Source: an uncultured virus (IMG/VR IMGVR_UViG_3300042878_002054) (Duplodnaviria; Heunggongvirae; Uroviricota; Caudoviricetes). From it: a stretch of 20,000 nt of DNA. The DNA lies in IMG/VR virus record IMGVR_UViG_3300042878_002054; one strand, 5' to 3'. Shown here piece after piece: positions 1 to 7,895 of this stretch. Position numbers and translations under genes: made by a program. The notes beneath the pieces were generated by a model that was not told where the DNA came from, searched no databases, and saw only the letters and a list, made by a program, of their open reading frames with translations. Position 1 is the stretch's first letter. Every line of letters begins with the position of its first letter.

Positions 1-401
1 AAAGGAATAGAGGAACTATCACTACATGTAGCTATCTTTCTTACCGGAATCTTATCTAAAAAGTTGATATATTTCTTAGTTGTGGTGTCGTTATTTGGAA
101 ATAGATAATCATATAGATAATCAATATCGTCTATGAATATAAAGTCTATTCCATCTTTTAAAGAAATCTCTTCTATTACTTTGAGTGTATTTATATTGTT
201 TTCGTCGTCAGAGGATAAAAATCGACATAACTCGTATCTTTGATTAAGAAAGTGTGTTTTCTCTTCAAATTCGTTTGTAGCTGCCAAAAATATTATTTTC
301 ATGTTTAGTTGAGACTTCATATCATAAGCAAGTGCATGCAACGCAGAGCTTTTCCACGTAGCATTACTACCTACTATTATATTGAAGTTATTTTCAAACA
401 T
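1..401 (-). CDS. Partial (runs off left edge) degenerate P-loop NTPase-like protein
   Basis: Not in ORF track. ATG at 401-399 overlaps the stop of the upstream gene (TAATG) and the frame is open to position 1: MFENNFNIIVGSNATWKSS...IDFIFIDDID. Walker A-like GSNATWKS (W in place of G) and Walker B-like FIFIDD. Confidence 0.65.
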   Translation of the reverse strand, partial: MFENNFNIIVGSNATWKSSALHALAYDMKSQLNMKIIFLAATNEFEEKTHFLNQRYELCRFLSSDDENNINTLKVIEEISLKDGIDFIFIDDIDYLYDYLFPNNDTTTKKYINFLDKIPVRKIATCSDSSSIP

Positions 402-1189
402 TATTTATAAGGACAATTTTGTTTCCATTTAGGGTTATACCAAAAAGTTCTTCCGGTGTTGTCTCTACATGATAAGCCTTTCTGATAGAATACCCATTTG
501 AGGAACTCTTCATAGTCTGTATCGAACGGATTCTTCCAATCTTGTAGCTGACCACCATTGAGTTGGTAAGCTTTCATCGGAATATCTCTACACATGTCAA
601 GTATCTCTGGATTTCTTTTTATGACTAAGCGAGCTTCCTCAAAAGGATCAACATCAAGATAGTAAAGAATCGTCGATCTCAAATAGTTTCCAATCCCGTT
701 AAAGTACTTCTGTTCTAAAAGAGCTTCACAGATTGGTTTACTGAAAGGCTTCAGATGAAGATTGTCTACGACGTTGGTTTTAAAGGTTTCAAACTCTTTA
801 GTTGGGTCCGGACCTCTTTTTGTAGCAAATCCACCTACTTTGTATTTTGGTCCCATATAGAGGCCGTAAAGAAGTAAAGACCAGCCATCGGTTGTATCCA
901 TTCGCATTCTGACAAACTTTCTATCAGTCCAATCTTTGGTGGGTATCCAGAGCCAGTTCCCTGACATTCCCATAAAGACGGATATCTTAAAAGATGCAAC
1001 ATCATGATATACTTTTAATACTAATTCTTTACCATTAGATTCAGATTCAAGACGGAAATCTCCATCTGCAAGTGTAAATTCCGAAGGAATATTGCCTTTC
1101 GCTACATCGTATATCTTGTTGAATTTCTTTTCTTTGGCATTGACGTTTATATAGTCAGCCATTATTTTTAATTCTGCTAATTCAGGCAT
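401..1189 (-). CDS. Fpg/Nei family DNA glycosylase/AP lyase, NEIL1-like (zincless finger)
   Basis: N-terminal MPE catalytic motif, GKEL, GMSG, H2TH motif ICEALLEQKYFNGIGNYLRSTILY, C-terminal D-x-x-GRT-x-W with no four-Cys zinc finger. Confidence 0.93.
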   Translation of the reverse strand: MPELAELKIMADYINVNAKEKKFNKIYDVAKGNIPSEFTLADGDFRLESESNGKELVLKVYHDVASFKISVFMGMSGNWLWIPTKDWTDRKFVRMRMDTTDGWSLLLYGLYMGPKYKVGGFATKRGPDPTKEFETFKTNVVDNLHLKPFSKPICEALLEQKYFNGIGNYLRSTILYYLDVDPFEEARLVIKRNPEILDMCRDIPMKAYQLNGGQLQDWKNPFDTDYEEFLKWVFYQKGLSCRDNTGRTFWYNPKWKQNCPYK

Positions 1190-1436
1190 CTAATATGTCG
1201 TTTATTTTTTCGTTTCTTATCAAGTCTTGGTTTAGCTCAATGAGTTCTCTTAGTGATATTTCTCTAGTTACCCATCTACCATGACCAGCATCACTTGTAC
1301 CGGGATTCTCTGTTCCAAACCAAACAACACATTTTGTTCGTTCGTATGTAATATATAGCCCATTGAATTCAGTCTCCATAGAAACCAATATTCCTTCACC
1401 ATATGGTGTGTTTACTTTACTATGTATTCTTAACAT
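1182..1436 (-). CDS. Hypothetical protein (SH3-like N-terminus, C-terminal RNEKINDIL tag)
   Basis: 84-aa ORF overlapping both neighbours; KVNTPYGEGILV resembles an SH3/KOW-like beta barrel start. Confidence 0.7.
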   Translation of the reverse strand: MLRIHSKVNTPYGEGILVSMETEFNGLYITYERTKCVVWFGTENPGTSDAGHGRWVTREISLRELIELNQDLIRNEKINDILDA

Positions 1437-1789
1437 CAGTTACAATTCTTTTTTACCCACTTTACTAATATATCTCCGTGACAAGACTTTCCACCTCCAC
1501 CTTCATTTTTACACCAGCAACCAAGTACTTTATCTTTCAGTTCGTAAAGAGAGCTCATAAGTTCTTCATTTGAAAGAAGATACTCTTCATAAGCAGCAAC
1601 AATATCTTTTCTTGGAGTTCCTGGTGGAAAACTATTTCTGAGTTCTTTTGGATAAGCCCACTTATTGTACTTACCACCCTGCATTCGTCCAATATAAATA
1701 TCGAATGGCTCCTTTTTAAAGTGAACCACTCGAACCTTATGATCATATTTCTTTTCTGGCTTTTTGAAACTGTCAAAAAAATCATCCAT
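1436..1789 (-). CDS. DUF4326-family protein
   Basis: VVHFKKEPFDIYIGR ... LKDKVLGCWCK ... CHGDIL motifs. Start moved from TTG 1822 to ATG 1789, which overlaps the end of the upstream gene. Confidence 0.85.
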   Translation of the reverse strand: MDDFFDSFKKPEKKYDHKVRVVHFKKEPFDIYIGRMQGGKYNKWAYPKELRNSFPPGTPRKDIVAAYEEYLLSNEELMSSLYELKDKVLGCWCKNEGGGGKSCHGDILVKWVKKNCN

Positions 1790-2132
1790 GTCTTTCCTTT
1801 CTAATATCCTGTAATACCTCAATACTAAGATCTAACTCTGGTAGATTCTCGTCTATTAGCTTGATGGCTTCCTTTCTTCCCTTTAGAAACCAATAAAGAA
1901 AGTGCAGTACGGTAAACATAGAAACCGTCATTATGTTTAATTTGAAAAAACCTAAGTATATGAATACTGAAGGTATCGCAAGAAATGGAATAAAGGACAC
2001 AATCCAAAAGAACGTCTCACTGAACAACTTTCTAAGAACCTTACAGAACCAAATATACCTATCTAATTTTCTTTTAGAATAGTACCTGGTCACAATCAGT
2101 TCGTCGTTTTTTACTTCTTGATAAGTTTTCAT
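1782..2132 (-). CDS. Hypothetical membrane protein (2 predicted TM helices)
   Basis: Hydrophobic stretches FFWIVSFIPFLAIPSVFIYLGFF and IMTVSMFTVLHFLYWFL; fits the leftward operon. Confidence 0.75.
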   Translation of the reverse strand: MKTYQEVKNDELIVTRYYSKRKLDRYIWFCKVLRKLFSETFFWIVSFIPFLAIPSVFIYLGFFKLNIMTVSMFTVLHFLYWFLKGRKEAIKLIDENLPELDLSIEVLQDIRKERHG

Positions 2133-2137
2133 TATAT

Positions 2138-2668
2138 TTATTTTATTGGTAAATACATTCCTAATTTCTCACAGCTCTTTACAACCCATTCATTATGTTC
2201 TATAAAAGTCGGATTTACCAAACCAATAGTCATGTGAAGACTGTGAAATGGTGTTCCTAAACCCATAGCAGTTCGTATATTCATAATATCGTCAGAATAT
2301 ACTTTTATGTGCCACCACATCTTATCACCTTTAGTATTACACCTGATAAGAGTTGGATCGTATGTGATTTCCACTTCTTTTCCGTGGAACATATCTTTAG
2401 CTTGTAAATAGATTTCATCATCTACAATATCGTTTATTGCAGTGACGTGAGTTCCACGAACAGGATCGTTAAGTCTTCCTCTCCATTCAAACACGTTTGT
2501 GTCTGGAATACGAAGACCAAATCTTTGTTCTAATAACCATTTGTAGTATTTACAGGTATCGTCTTCATAGAAACGAACCATTGCGACTCTTTTCCAAGTC
2601 GATTGTTGTGCATGTTTTTTAGACACGTCAACAGGATCAAATTCTAATATACCTTTTACTTTAAACAT
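2138..2668 (-). CDS. 2H phosphoesterase superfamily protein
   Basis: Two H-x-T motifs (GTHVTAI, SLHMTIG) about 70 residues apart in a 176-aa protein. Confidence 0.7.
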   Translation of the reverse strand: MFKVKGILEFDPVDVSKKHAQQSTWKRVAMVRFYEDDTCKYYKWLLEQRFGLRIPDTNVFEWRGRLNDPVRGTHVTAINDIVDDEIYLQAKDMFHGKEVEITYDPTLIRCNTKGDKMWWHIKVYSDDIMNIRTAMGLGTPFHSLHMTIGLVNPTFIEHNEWVVKSCEKLGMYLPIK

Positions 2669-2672
2669 ACTA

Positions 2673-2680
2673 CAAATATA
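2673..2680 (-). promoter_or_regulatory. Bacteroidota-type -7 promoter box TATATTTG, 4 nt before ATG (probably leaderless)
   Basis: Minus strand reads TATATTTG-TAGT-ATG; matches the TAnnTTTG consensus. Confidence 0.7.
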
Positions 2681-2687
2681 GCAATTT

Positions 2688-3170
2688 TTATTCTTTTATA
2701 TATGTTATTTTGGATTTATAACAAAAAATACTCCAATATATTATATTTAATATTGGTGTCAAAAACCAGAATACTTTTATATCAAAAACAAATCTAGTAA
2801 TAAACTCAATAGCTATGCTCGTCAATATAGCGATTAGAAAGTACCAAACTAATCTATCAGATTTCTTTGAAAAAAGATACTTTTTAAATTTGTTTATTCG
2901 AGTAGCATCAGGAAATCCTGATTTTACAAACTGATCCAAACTTTCTTCTCTTTTACAAGCAACACAAAGTTTAAAATCTTCTTTTTGTAACATAGCAGCA
3001 AAGTCTGTGTAATCTAAATCATCGTGATTAACATCGGTAGAACAGCTATAACACTTCTCGCCTCTTCTTACTTCGAATGTTATTGACTTGTACTTTTTGA
3101 TTCGCCTGGTTGAATATATGAATCCAAAAATCAATGCGAAAAATTGAAGAAAAGTTAAAAAAGCTACCAT
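2688..3170 (-). CDS. Membrane protein with CxxC...CxxC zinc ribbon
   Basis: N-terminal TM helix, CYSC and CVAC, two C-terminal TM helices. Confidence 0.75.
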   Translation of the reverse strand: MVAFLTFLQFFALIFGFIYSTRRIKKYKSITFEVRRGEKCYSCSTDVNHDDLDYTDFAAMLQKEDFKLCVACKREESLDQFVKSGFPDATRINKFKKYLFSKKSDRLVWYFLIAILTSIAIEFITRFVFDIKVFWFLTPILNIIYWSIFCYKSKITYIKE

Positions 3171-3616
3171 TATCCTAAAATTGAAGTTAAAAATATATCT
3201 CTTTTTTCTGCCTTAGAAAGAGTTTTGAAACATTCCGGTCCTATTCCAGTTTCAATAGAAGAAGGAACGGTAAGTGGTCTATTACATTTACCACATTTAC
3301 CTTCATGCCATATTTCGATACACTCTGGTAAAGATTCTTTTTTGAGTTTATTAAGAACATAAGAGAAAACCTTCTCAGATTGAGCACCTGTGAAGTTGGA
3401 TTTTTTACCATGTTTGTAGATTCCGTTAGAAACTGTTCCTAAGTAGGAATACTGCTCGGGACCAGTTAAAACACTAACAAAGAAAAGATTACTATCTTTT
3501 GCTTTTTTAACTCGATAAGTGAATCTGTTTTCAGTTTCACTATTCAAAAAAGTAAATGTTGAGTTACCTGCGAAGATAAACTTTAACGCGTCGGAGTTAT
3601 TTAGTCTTTTGCTCAT
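3170..3616 (-). CDS. DUF6011-type Zn-binding phage protein
   Basis: C-terminal CGKCNRPLTVPSSIETGIGPEC motif. Confidence 0.8.
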   Translation of the reverse strand: MSKRLNNSDALKFIFAGNSTFTFLNSETENRFTYRVKKAKDSNLFFVSVLTGPEQYSYLGTVSNGIYKHGKKSNFTGAQSEKVFSYVLNKLKKESLPECIEIWHEGKCGKCNRPLTVPSSIETGIGPECFKTLSKAEKRDIFLTSILG

Positions 3617-3631
3617 ATATCAATGTTTCTA

Positions 3632-3639
3632 CAAATATA
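3632..3639 (-). promoter_or_regulatory. Bacteroidota-type -7 promoter box TATATTTG
   Basis: Minus strand CCTTATATTTGTAG, 15 nt upstream of ATG 3616 at the head of a leftward operon. Confidence 0.7.
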
Positions 3640-3663
3640 AGGATTTTTTTCAATACTATAAAA

Positions 3664-3672
3664 TAATATATA
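3664..3672 (+). promoter_or_regulatory. TAATATATA element (putative late promoter)
   Basis: 4 nt before ATG 3677; the same motif recurs before several other genes. Confidence 0.6.
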
Positions 3673-3676
3673 ACAA

Positions 3677-4303
3677 ATGAAGCATTTGAAGAAATTTGAA
3701 AATTTTGATAAGGTAGCATTCCACGGATTCTTGATGACTCCACAGAAAATGAGACTTCCATCTTGTGAAATAGAATGGAAAGATTCTTCTCAGGACACAG
3801 GATGTCCAAAGTTTTCTGATGGTATGAATATAACCGACGAAGATGAAGAAAAGGCAATATCTTATCTTGATGAAGAAGATATTGGTGAGATAGTAGGATA
3901 TTCAAGAGGTGGTGCCATATTGATGCAAGCCATATATAAAGGAGCAAAAACTCCAAAGTCTGTTTGTATGGTGGCTTCTGCTTGGAAAAGACAATGGGCG
4001 ACAGTTCCTTTGATAGGAGACGAGTTGGAAGGAATAGATGGATTTGTTCTACACGGAGGAAAAGACGATAAAGTTCCCTTAAAGCATTCTGTTATATTGG
4101 CATTGAGTAGTGATCTTCCTTTGTATGTGTTTCCTGAGTGTGATCACGTAAACATATTAAAACATACCGAAGATGAAACCAAAGGAATATTGGTAGATTA
4201 TAAAAAAATGGCAGAACTATTGTATATACTTCCAGATTGGGGAACAGGTGTTGGTAGTAAAAAAGAAATAGAACTACAATACTCTATTTCAAAAAAATTA
4301 TAA
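3677..4303 (+). CDS. Alpha/beta hydrolase (esterase-like) with N-terminal MKHLKKFENF leader
   Basis: Oxyanion FHGF, nucleophile elbow GYSRGG, HGGKDDKVP acid motif, CDH histidine. Confidence 0.85.
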   Translation: MKHLKKFENFDKVAFHGFLMTPQKMRLPSCEIEWKDSSQDTGCPKFSDGMNITDEDEEKAISYLDEEDIGEIVGYSRGGAILMQAIYKGAKTPKSVCMVASAWKRQWATVPLIGDELEGIDGFVLHGGKDDKVPLKHSVILALSSDLPLYVFPECDHVNILKHTEDETKGILVDYKKMAELLYILPDWGTGVGSKKEIELQYSISKKL

Positions 4304-4307
4304 TGAT

Positions 4308-4922
4308 ATGAGGCTTATATTAGAATTTCAAGAGTTTATTGATAGAGAGTCTAAAACTAGAACAAGAGGACTCGGTGAACAAGAGTTTTTAGAAGTTTTC
4401 AGAGAGAACTGTAAAAACTTCTCGTTTGATAACGACATGCTTTGGAGAAACTCAAACAACTTTGGAGACTTTGGTTTGTTCTTCGAAGAAGCTAGAAGAG
4501 GAACAATCGGAACATACAACTATAAAGACTTTTTTGATGATAGAAAAGACTATACCGTTCCAAGATATAAAAGTCTTATTGGTTCTACTACAAAAGAAGG
4601 TGCTGAAGCATTTGCATCAGATACTAATACTTATATCGTTATACCATTTGATGGTGCGAATATAGTATTCAGTTGTACTCCTGATTTGGCACTATTAGCA
4701 AAGACAAAACAGGAATTTTCAGATTCACTTTTCTTACTTAAACAATATGATACAGGATTCAAATCACCAGTTTCTGAGCTTTTTGAAATAATGTCTCATA
4801 CTACAATATCATCATATAGAGATATGTTTGTTAAGAGGAATTTAGGATTCGAATATTTCACAAATGCCAACTGTTTAATGATTAAAGAAGATAAGATAGG
4901 ATGGTTAAAAAATAATATATAA
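4308..4922 (+). CDS. Hypothetical protein, possible ADP-ribosyltransferase-like fold
   Basis: ORF is solid. LWR ... SLIGSTTKEGAEAFA ... YIVIP ... FEY loosely follows the R-STS-E pattern (function tentative). Confidence 0.55.
   Translation: MRLILEFQEFIDRESKTRTRGLGEQEFLEVFRENCKNFSFDNDMLWRNSNNFGDFGLFFEEARRGTIGTYNYKDFFDDRKDYTVPRYKSLIGSTTKEGAEAFASDTNTYIVIPFDGANIVFSCTPDLALLAKTKQEFSDSLFLLKQYDTGFKSPVSELFEIMSHTTISSYRDMFVKRNLGFEYFTNANCLMIKEDKIGWLKNNI
4913..4921 (+). promoter_or_regulatory. TAATATATA element (putative late promoter)
   Basis: Exact motif 16 nt upstream of ATG 4938. Confidence 0.5.
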
Positions 4923-4937
4923 AAAAAAGTAAATAAT

Positions 4938-5429
4938 ATGAAGTATATTAAAAATTTCAGACTTTTCGAAAACGAAGAGACATCGTGGAAAAAATTCTAC
5001 GACGATGAAGAAGATGTTTTTTTAGTGAATGAAGAAACAACTCCTGATGAATTGGAAAACGTGTTAGAGAGTTATGTTGATGGATTACATGACTATGGAT
5101 CTGGAGATTCACTTGTAAGAAAGTGTTGTGATATATTGAGAGATAGTATTCTTTTTATACGTAACGAAGAAGAAGTGTTAGGTGATACCGGAAAAGAAGA
5201 GGATTATGCTGATAAGATGTATGATGAATTGGAAAGAAGGTTCACTGATGATTATTCAACTAAACGTAACGAATATGGTGAAGGTACGACCTCTGGTGTA
5301 TTGAAACTAGATGGTAGACCTGTATTTGAGTATGAGTCACACGACGATGGTTACGGTTTCGGTGGTAGTCTTAGCAACATTGACCATATATTGGAAGTTA
5401 TGCTTGATTTATTACAAAGAGAATTATAA
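4938..5429 (+). CDS. Acidic hypothetical protein with N-terminal MKYIKNFRLFEN leader
   Basis: 163-aa D/E-rich ORF with A-rich leader. Confidence 0.8.
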   Translation: MKYIKNFRLFENEETSWKKFYDDEEDVFLVNEETTPDELENVLESYVDGLHDYGSGDSLVRKCCDILRDSILFIRNEEEVLGDTGKEEDYADKMYDELERRFTDDYSTKRNEYGEGTTSGVLKLDGRPVFEYESHDDGYGFGGSLSNIDHILEVMLDLLQREL

Positions 5430-5454
5430 CATATAAAAAAAAATAAAAAGAGTT

Positions 5455-5646
5455 ATGGAAAACAAAGACTTAAAAATGATTAAAAATGAGGCTCTTCCTA
5501 AAGACGAAGCACTTTTACTTAGAGAAAAGTTCATCAGTGAATATTCTAAGAAAAAAGGATGGGATCCAAAAGAATTGAGCACTAACCAAATGTTAGAAAT
5601 CGTTTCTCAGAGAGAGTACAAAACTCCAGGTATTATACTTGGATAA
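5455..5646 (+). CDS. Small hypothetical protein
   Basis: 63-aa ORF with A-rich leader, ending directly at a terminator. Confidence 0.75.
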   Translation: MENKDLKMIKNEALPKDEALLLREKFISEYSKKKGWDPKELSTNQMLEIVSQREYKTPGIILG

Positions 5647-5647
5647 A

Positions 5648-5674
5648 AAAAAAGAGGCTTAAAGCCTCTTTTTT
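5648..5674. terminator. Bidirectional intrinsic terminator
   Basis: A-tract, GAGGCT-taa-AGCCTC, T-tract, between convergent genes. Confidence 0.85.
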
Positions 5675-5678
5675 GTTT

Positions 5679-6812
5679 TTATAATACATTCATAAATGTT
5701 TTTTTCTTACCAGGAAGAACTTCAGATATTTTGTTTTTTGGAATAGCTTTCAACTCTTCAATCATTTCCATCAAATCTGTTCTGTTTCCAACAAACTCAA
5801 GTTTACCTGATTTTGCTTCAAAATATAGGCTGTGTCCATTCCACACGATACTTTGTACATCATAGTATTCTACTTGAGTACCTAACCATTTGTAGATTTC
5901 AGCCTTTTCTTCATCAATACGAGAAGTTGCAATATAAACTCTTTTAGTCTTACCATCCAAAAGAACGTGTGTATAGTTTTCTTCTTGCCACTCTGGGTTT
6001 TCTTGATAGTTCCCATAGTTGTACTTACTCATAGATTCGTATCCATATCCACTATAATAGTGATCATAATCGTCTTCTTCTAAAACATCTCTTTTTACAG
6101 GAAGAGTTTCCCAATCTACTTTAACAACCGTATTACACAATCTTCGTAAGAACTCGATATCTTGACTTTCTTTTCCAGTGTGTTCGTTTTGGTATCCTAC
6201 AGATATGTTAGTACACTCTGGAACTAACTTTACAAACTTTGCAGAGTCAGTTAAGATACCAGTGTCGTCTAACACCATCTTCATTTTGTTTCCTGTCGCA
6301 TTCATTCTGTTTCCTAACTCTTGTGCAAACTCGTCAGAGCAACATCTTCCAAACATTTGGTATGTGATAATAGAGTCTGTTCCTCGTCTGTCGAAAGAAA
6401 CCACTTTTTTGATGTATTTAGAAAATTCTGTTTTTGTCCAAGTGTCTGCAAGTTTTCTAGATCCGATACAACCAACTTCTTCACCAATGAAAAAGTAGTA
6501 AAGTCCTGGAACTTGCTTTTGTATCATATAAAGTATAACAGTCATACCAGCTTTATCGTCTGCTCCTAAGATAGACTTTCCATCAGTACGAATGATGTTT
6601 CCATCAAAGACGTGTTTTACTTTAGTTTGTGTTTTGTCCGCGGTGTCTAAGTGACAAGTAAACATCGTGGAAGGAGTTTCACCTATTTGAATGTAGTAGT
6701 TTCCTAAGCCATCTTCTTGATATCCTTCTGGAAGTTGGTGCAACAATTGATGCTCTTTTCCGTGTGGATATGTAAACTTTGTAAGTGCTAGGAATTTTTT
6801 AGTTATTCTCAT
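5679..6812 (-). CDS. M28-family (M20/M28 clan) zinc peptidase with C-terminal extension
   Basis: CHLDT, LGADDKAG, GEEVGCIGS, FDRRG, TDS and GYQNEHT metal-ligand motifs. Confidence 0.9.
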   Translation of the reverse strand: MRITKKFLALTKFTYPHGKEHQLLHQLPEGYQEDGLGNYYIQIGETPSTMFTCHLDTADKTQTKVKHVFDGNIIRTDGKSILGADDKAGMTVILYMIQKQVPGLYYFFIGEEVGCIGSRKLADTWTKTEFSKYIKKVVSFDRRGTDSIITYQMFGRCCSDEFAQELGNRMNATGNKMKMVLDDTGILTDSAKFVKLVPECTNISVGYQNEHTGKESQDIEFLRRLCNTVVKVDWETLPVKRDVLEEDDYDHYYSGYGYESMSKYNYGNYQENPEWQEENYTHVLLDGKTKRVYIATSRIDEEKAEIYKWLGTQVEYYDVQSIVWNGHSLYFEAKSGKLEFVGNRTDLMEMIEELKAIPKNKISEVLPGKKKTFMNVL

Positions 6813-6849
6813 TTCGAATAATATTAAGTTATTATAAACTATTATGGTA

Positions 6850-6857
6850 CAAAGATA
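6850..6857 (-). promoter_or_regulatory. Bacteroidota-type -7 promoter box TATCTTTG
   Basis: Minus strand CCTTATCTTTGTACC in the intergenic gap upstream of the peptidase. Confidence 0.7.
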
Positions 6858-6892
6858 AGGAACTTTTTCTTATTTAGAAAAGTTTTAAACAA

Positions 6893-7450
6893 TTATTTGT
6901 TGAAAATATCGTCGATTTTTTTATCACGGATATATCCAGTCTTTAAAGAATCAAGTGTTGCTGTCCAACCATCAATTTTATTTGTTAGCCAAATTTCTGA
7001 TCTAGTGGCCATATAGCCAGAAATACTATTAGGTGCCGAATCTTTGTATTCTGACTTTACATGAAAGTCTGCAACATCTTCAGAGTCTTTATAGATGTAT
7101 TCTTTTGCTACTATTATATAGTCTATACCTAACTCGTCGATTAGTTCTTTGTATTTAGGTATAAGACCCCGACTAAGAGTCCAAAAGTCAAATATCATTA
7201 GATTAACTCTGAATCTATTTGCGGGATCTTCAATCTTAGATTTAAAATCTTCAAAGTCATTAAAAGTTATCTGTGGTGATATGTAATAAATAAGATTTGT
7301 GATGTTTTTTCCTGAAGAAGTTGGTTTTGGTGATGTGAACAATATAGGATTTCTACCATCTAATTCCAAAAATTTAACAATAGAACTTACTGCACTTGAA
7401 ACACATGCTATGTCTCCAGTAAAATAATTACAACGCTTTAGCTCTATCAT
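6893..7450 (-). CDS. Hypothetical protein (possible degenerate P-loop fold; C-terminal RDKKIDDIF tag)
   Basis: 185-aa ORF; NYFTG... and LMIFD sit at Walker A/B-like positions but there is no GK[ST]. Confidence 0.75.
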   Translation of the reverse strand: MIELKRCNYFTGDIACVSSAVSSIVKFLELDGRNPILFTSPKPTSSGKNITNLIYYISPQITFNDFEDFKSKIEDPANRFRVNLMIFDFWTLSRGLIPKYKELIDELGIDYIIVAKEYIYKDSEDVADFHVKSEYKDSAPNSISGYMATRSEIWLTNKIDGWTATLDSLKTGYIRDKKIDDIFNK

Positions 7451-7826
7451 TTATGTTCTTTTTTCTTACGTTCACCATATATTTAAACTTGTTCAGAAAT
7501 CTTCTTCCAATCAACATTGGATATTTCATTTTTTTCCTATTAGTTAAGGATATATGAACCTTATAACTTTTTTCACCTAAAACCATCTTTGATATTATAG
7601 AAAATCTTTTTTGTTTCTTACCAAAAGAGTTACGCACCACTATGGTTTTGTACTTATCATACACATATTCCTTTTCGTCTATTATAAAGAAAAGTTTGTC
7701 ATCTTTTATGAAAATCTCATCTACATGAAGAGCGTTTCCATAGGCACCTGTGTCTATTTTCGCGTCTGTTGTTTCTATTCCAAGCTCAGGAAAAGAAACT
7801 TTTTCTGTTCTTCCCACATATTTCAT
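7428..7826 (-). CDS. Retropepsin-like aspartic peptidase of the RimK-associated ('ATP-dependent Zn protease') family
   Basis: GRTEKVSFPELG, AKIDTGA, LTNRKKMKYPMLIGRRFL. Start moved to ATG 7826 because the track's TTG at 7853 lies inside the promoter box. Confidence 0.88.
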   Translation of the reverse strand: MKYVGRTEKVSFPELGIETTDAKIDTGAYGNALHVDEIFIKDDKLFFIIDEKEYVYDKYKTIVVRNSFGKKQKRFSIISKMVLGEKSYKVHISLTNRKKMKYPMLIGRRFLNKFKYMVNVRKKNINDRAKAL

Positions 7827-7850
7827 AAATATTATATCTAATAATATAAA

Positions 7851-7858
7851 CAAAGATA
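7851..7858 (-). promoter_or_regulatory. Bacteroidota-type -7 promoter box TATCTTTG
   Basis: Minus strand CGTATCTTTGTTT, 24 nt upstream of ATG 7826. Confidence 0.65.
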
Positions 7859-7895
7859 CGATTATTTCATAAAAATAATAAAAAAATCATATAAT

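Noticed and set aside
1782..2132. MKTYQEV start resembling the T4 capsid-targeting sequence MKTYQEF (also MKTYPEL at 11277)
   Set aside because: Lacks the second aromatic residue; the first is a membrane protein in a host-promoter operon; likely chance.
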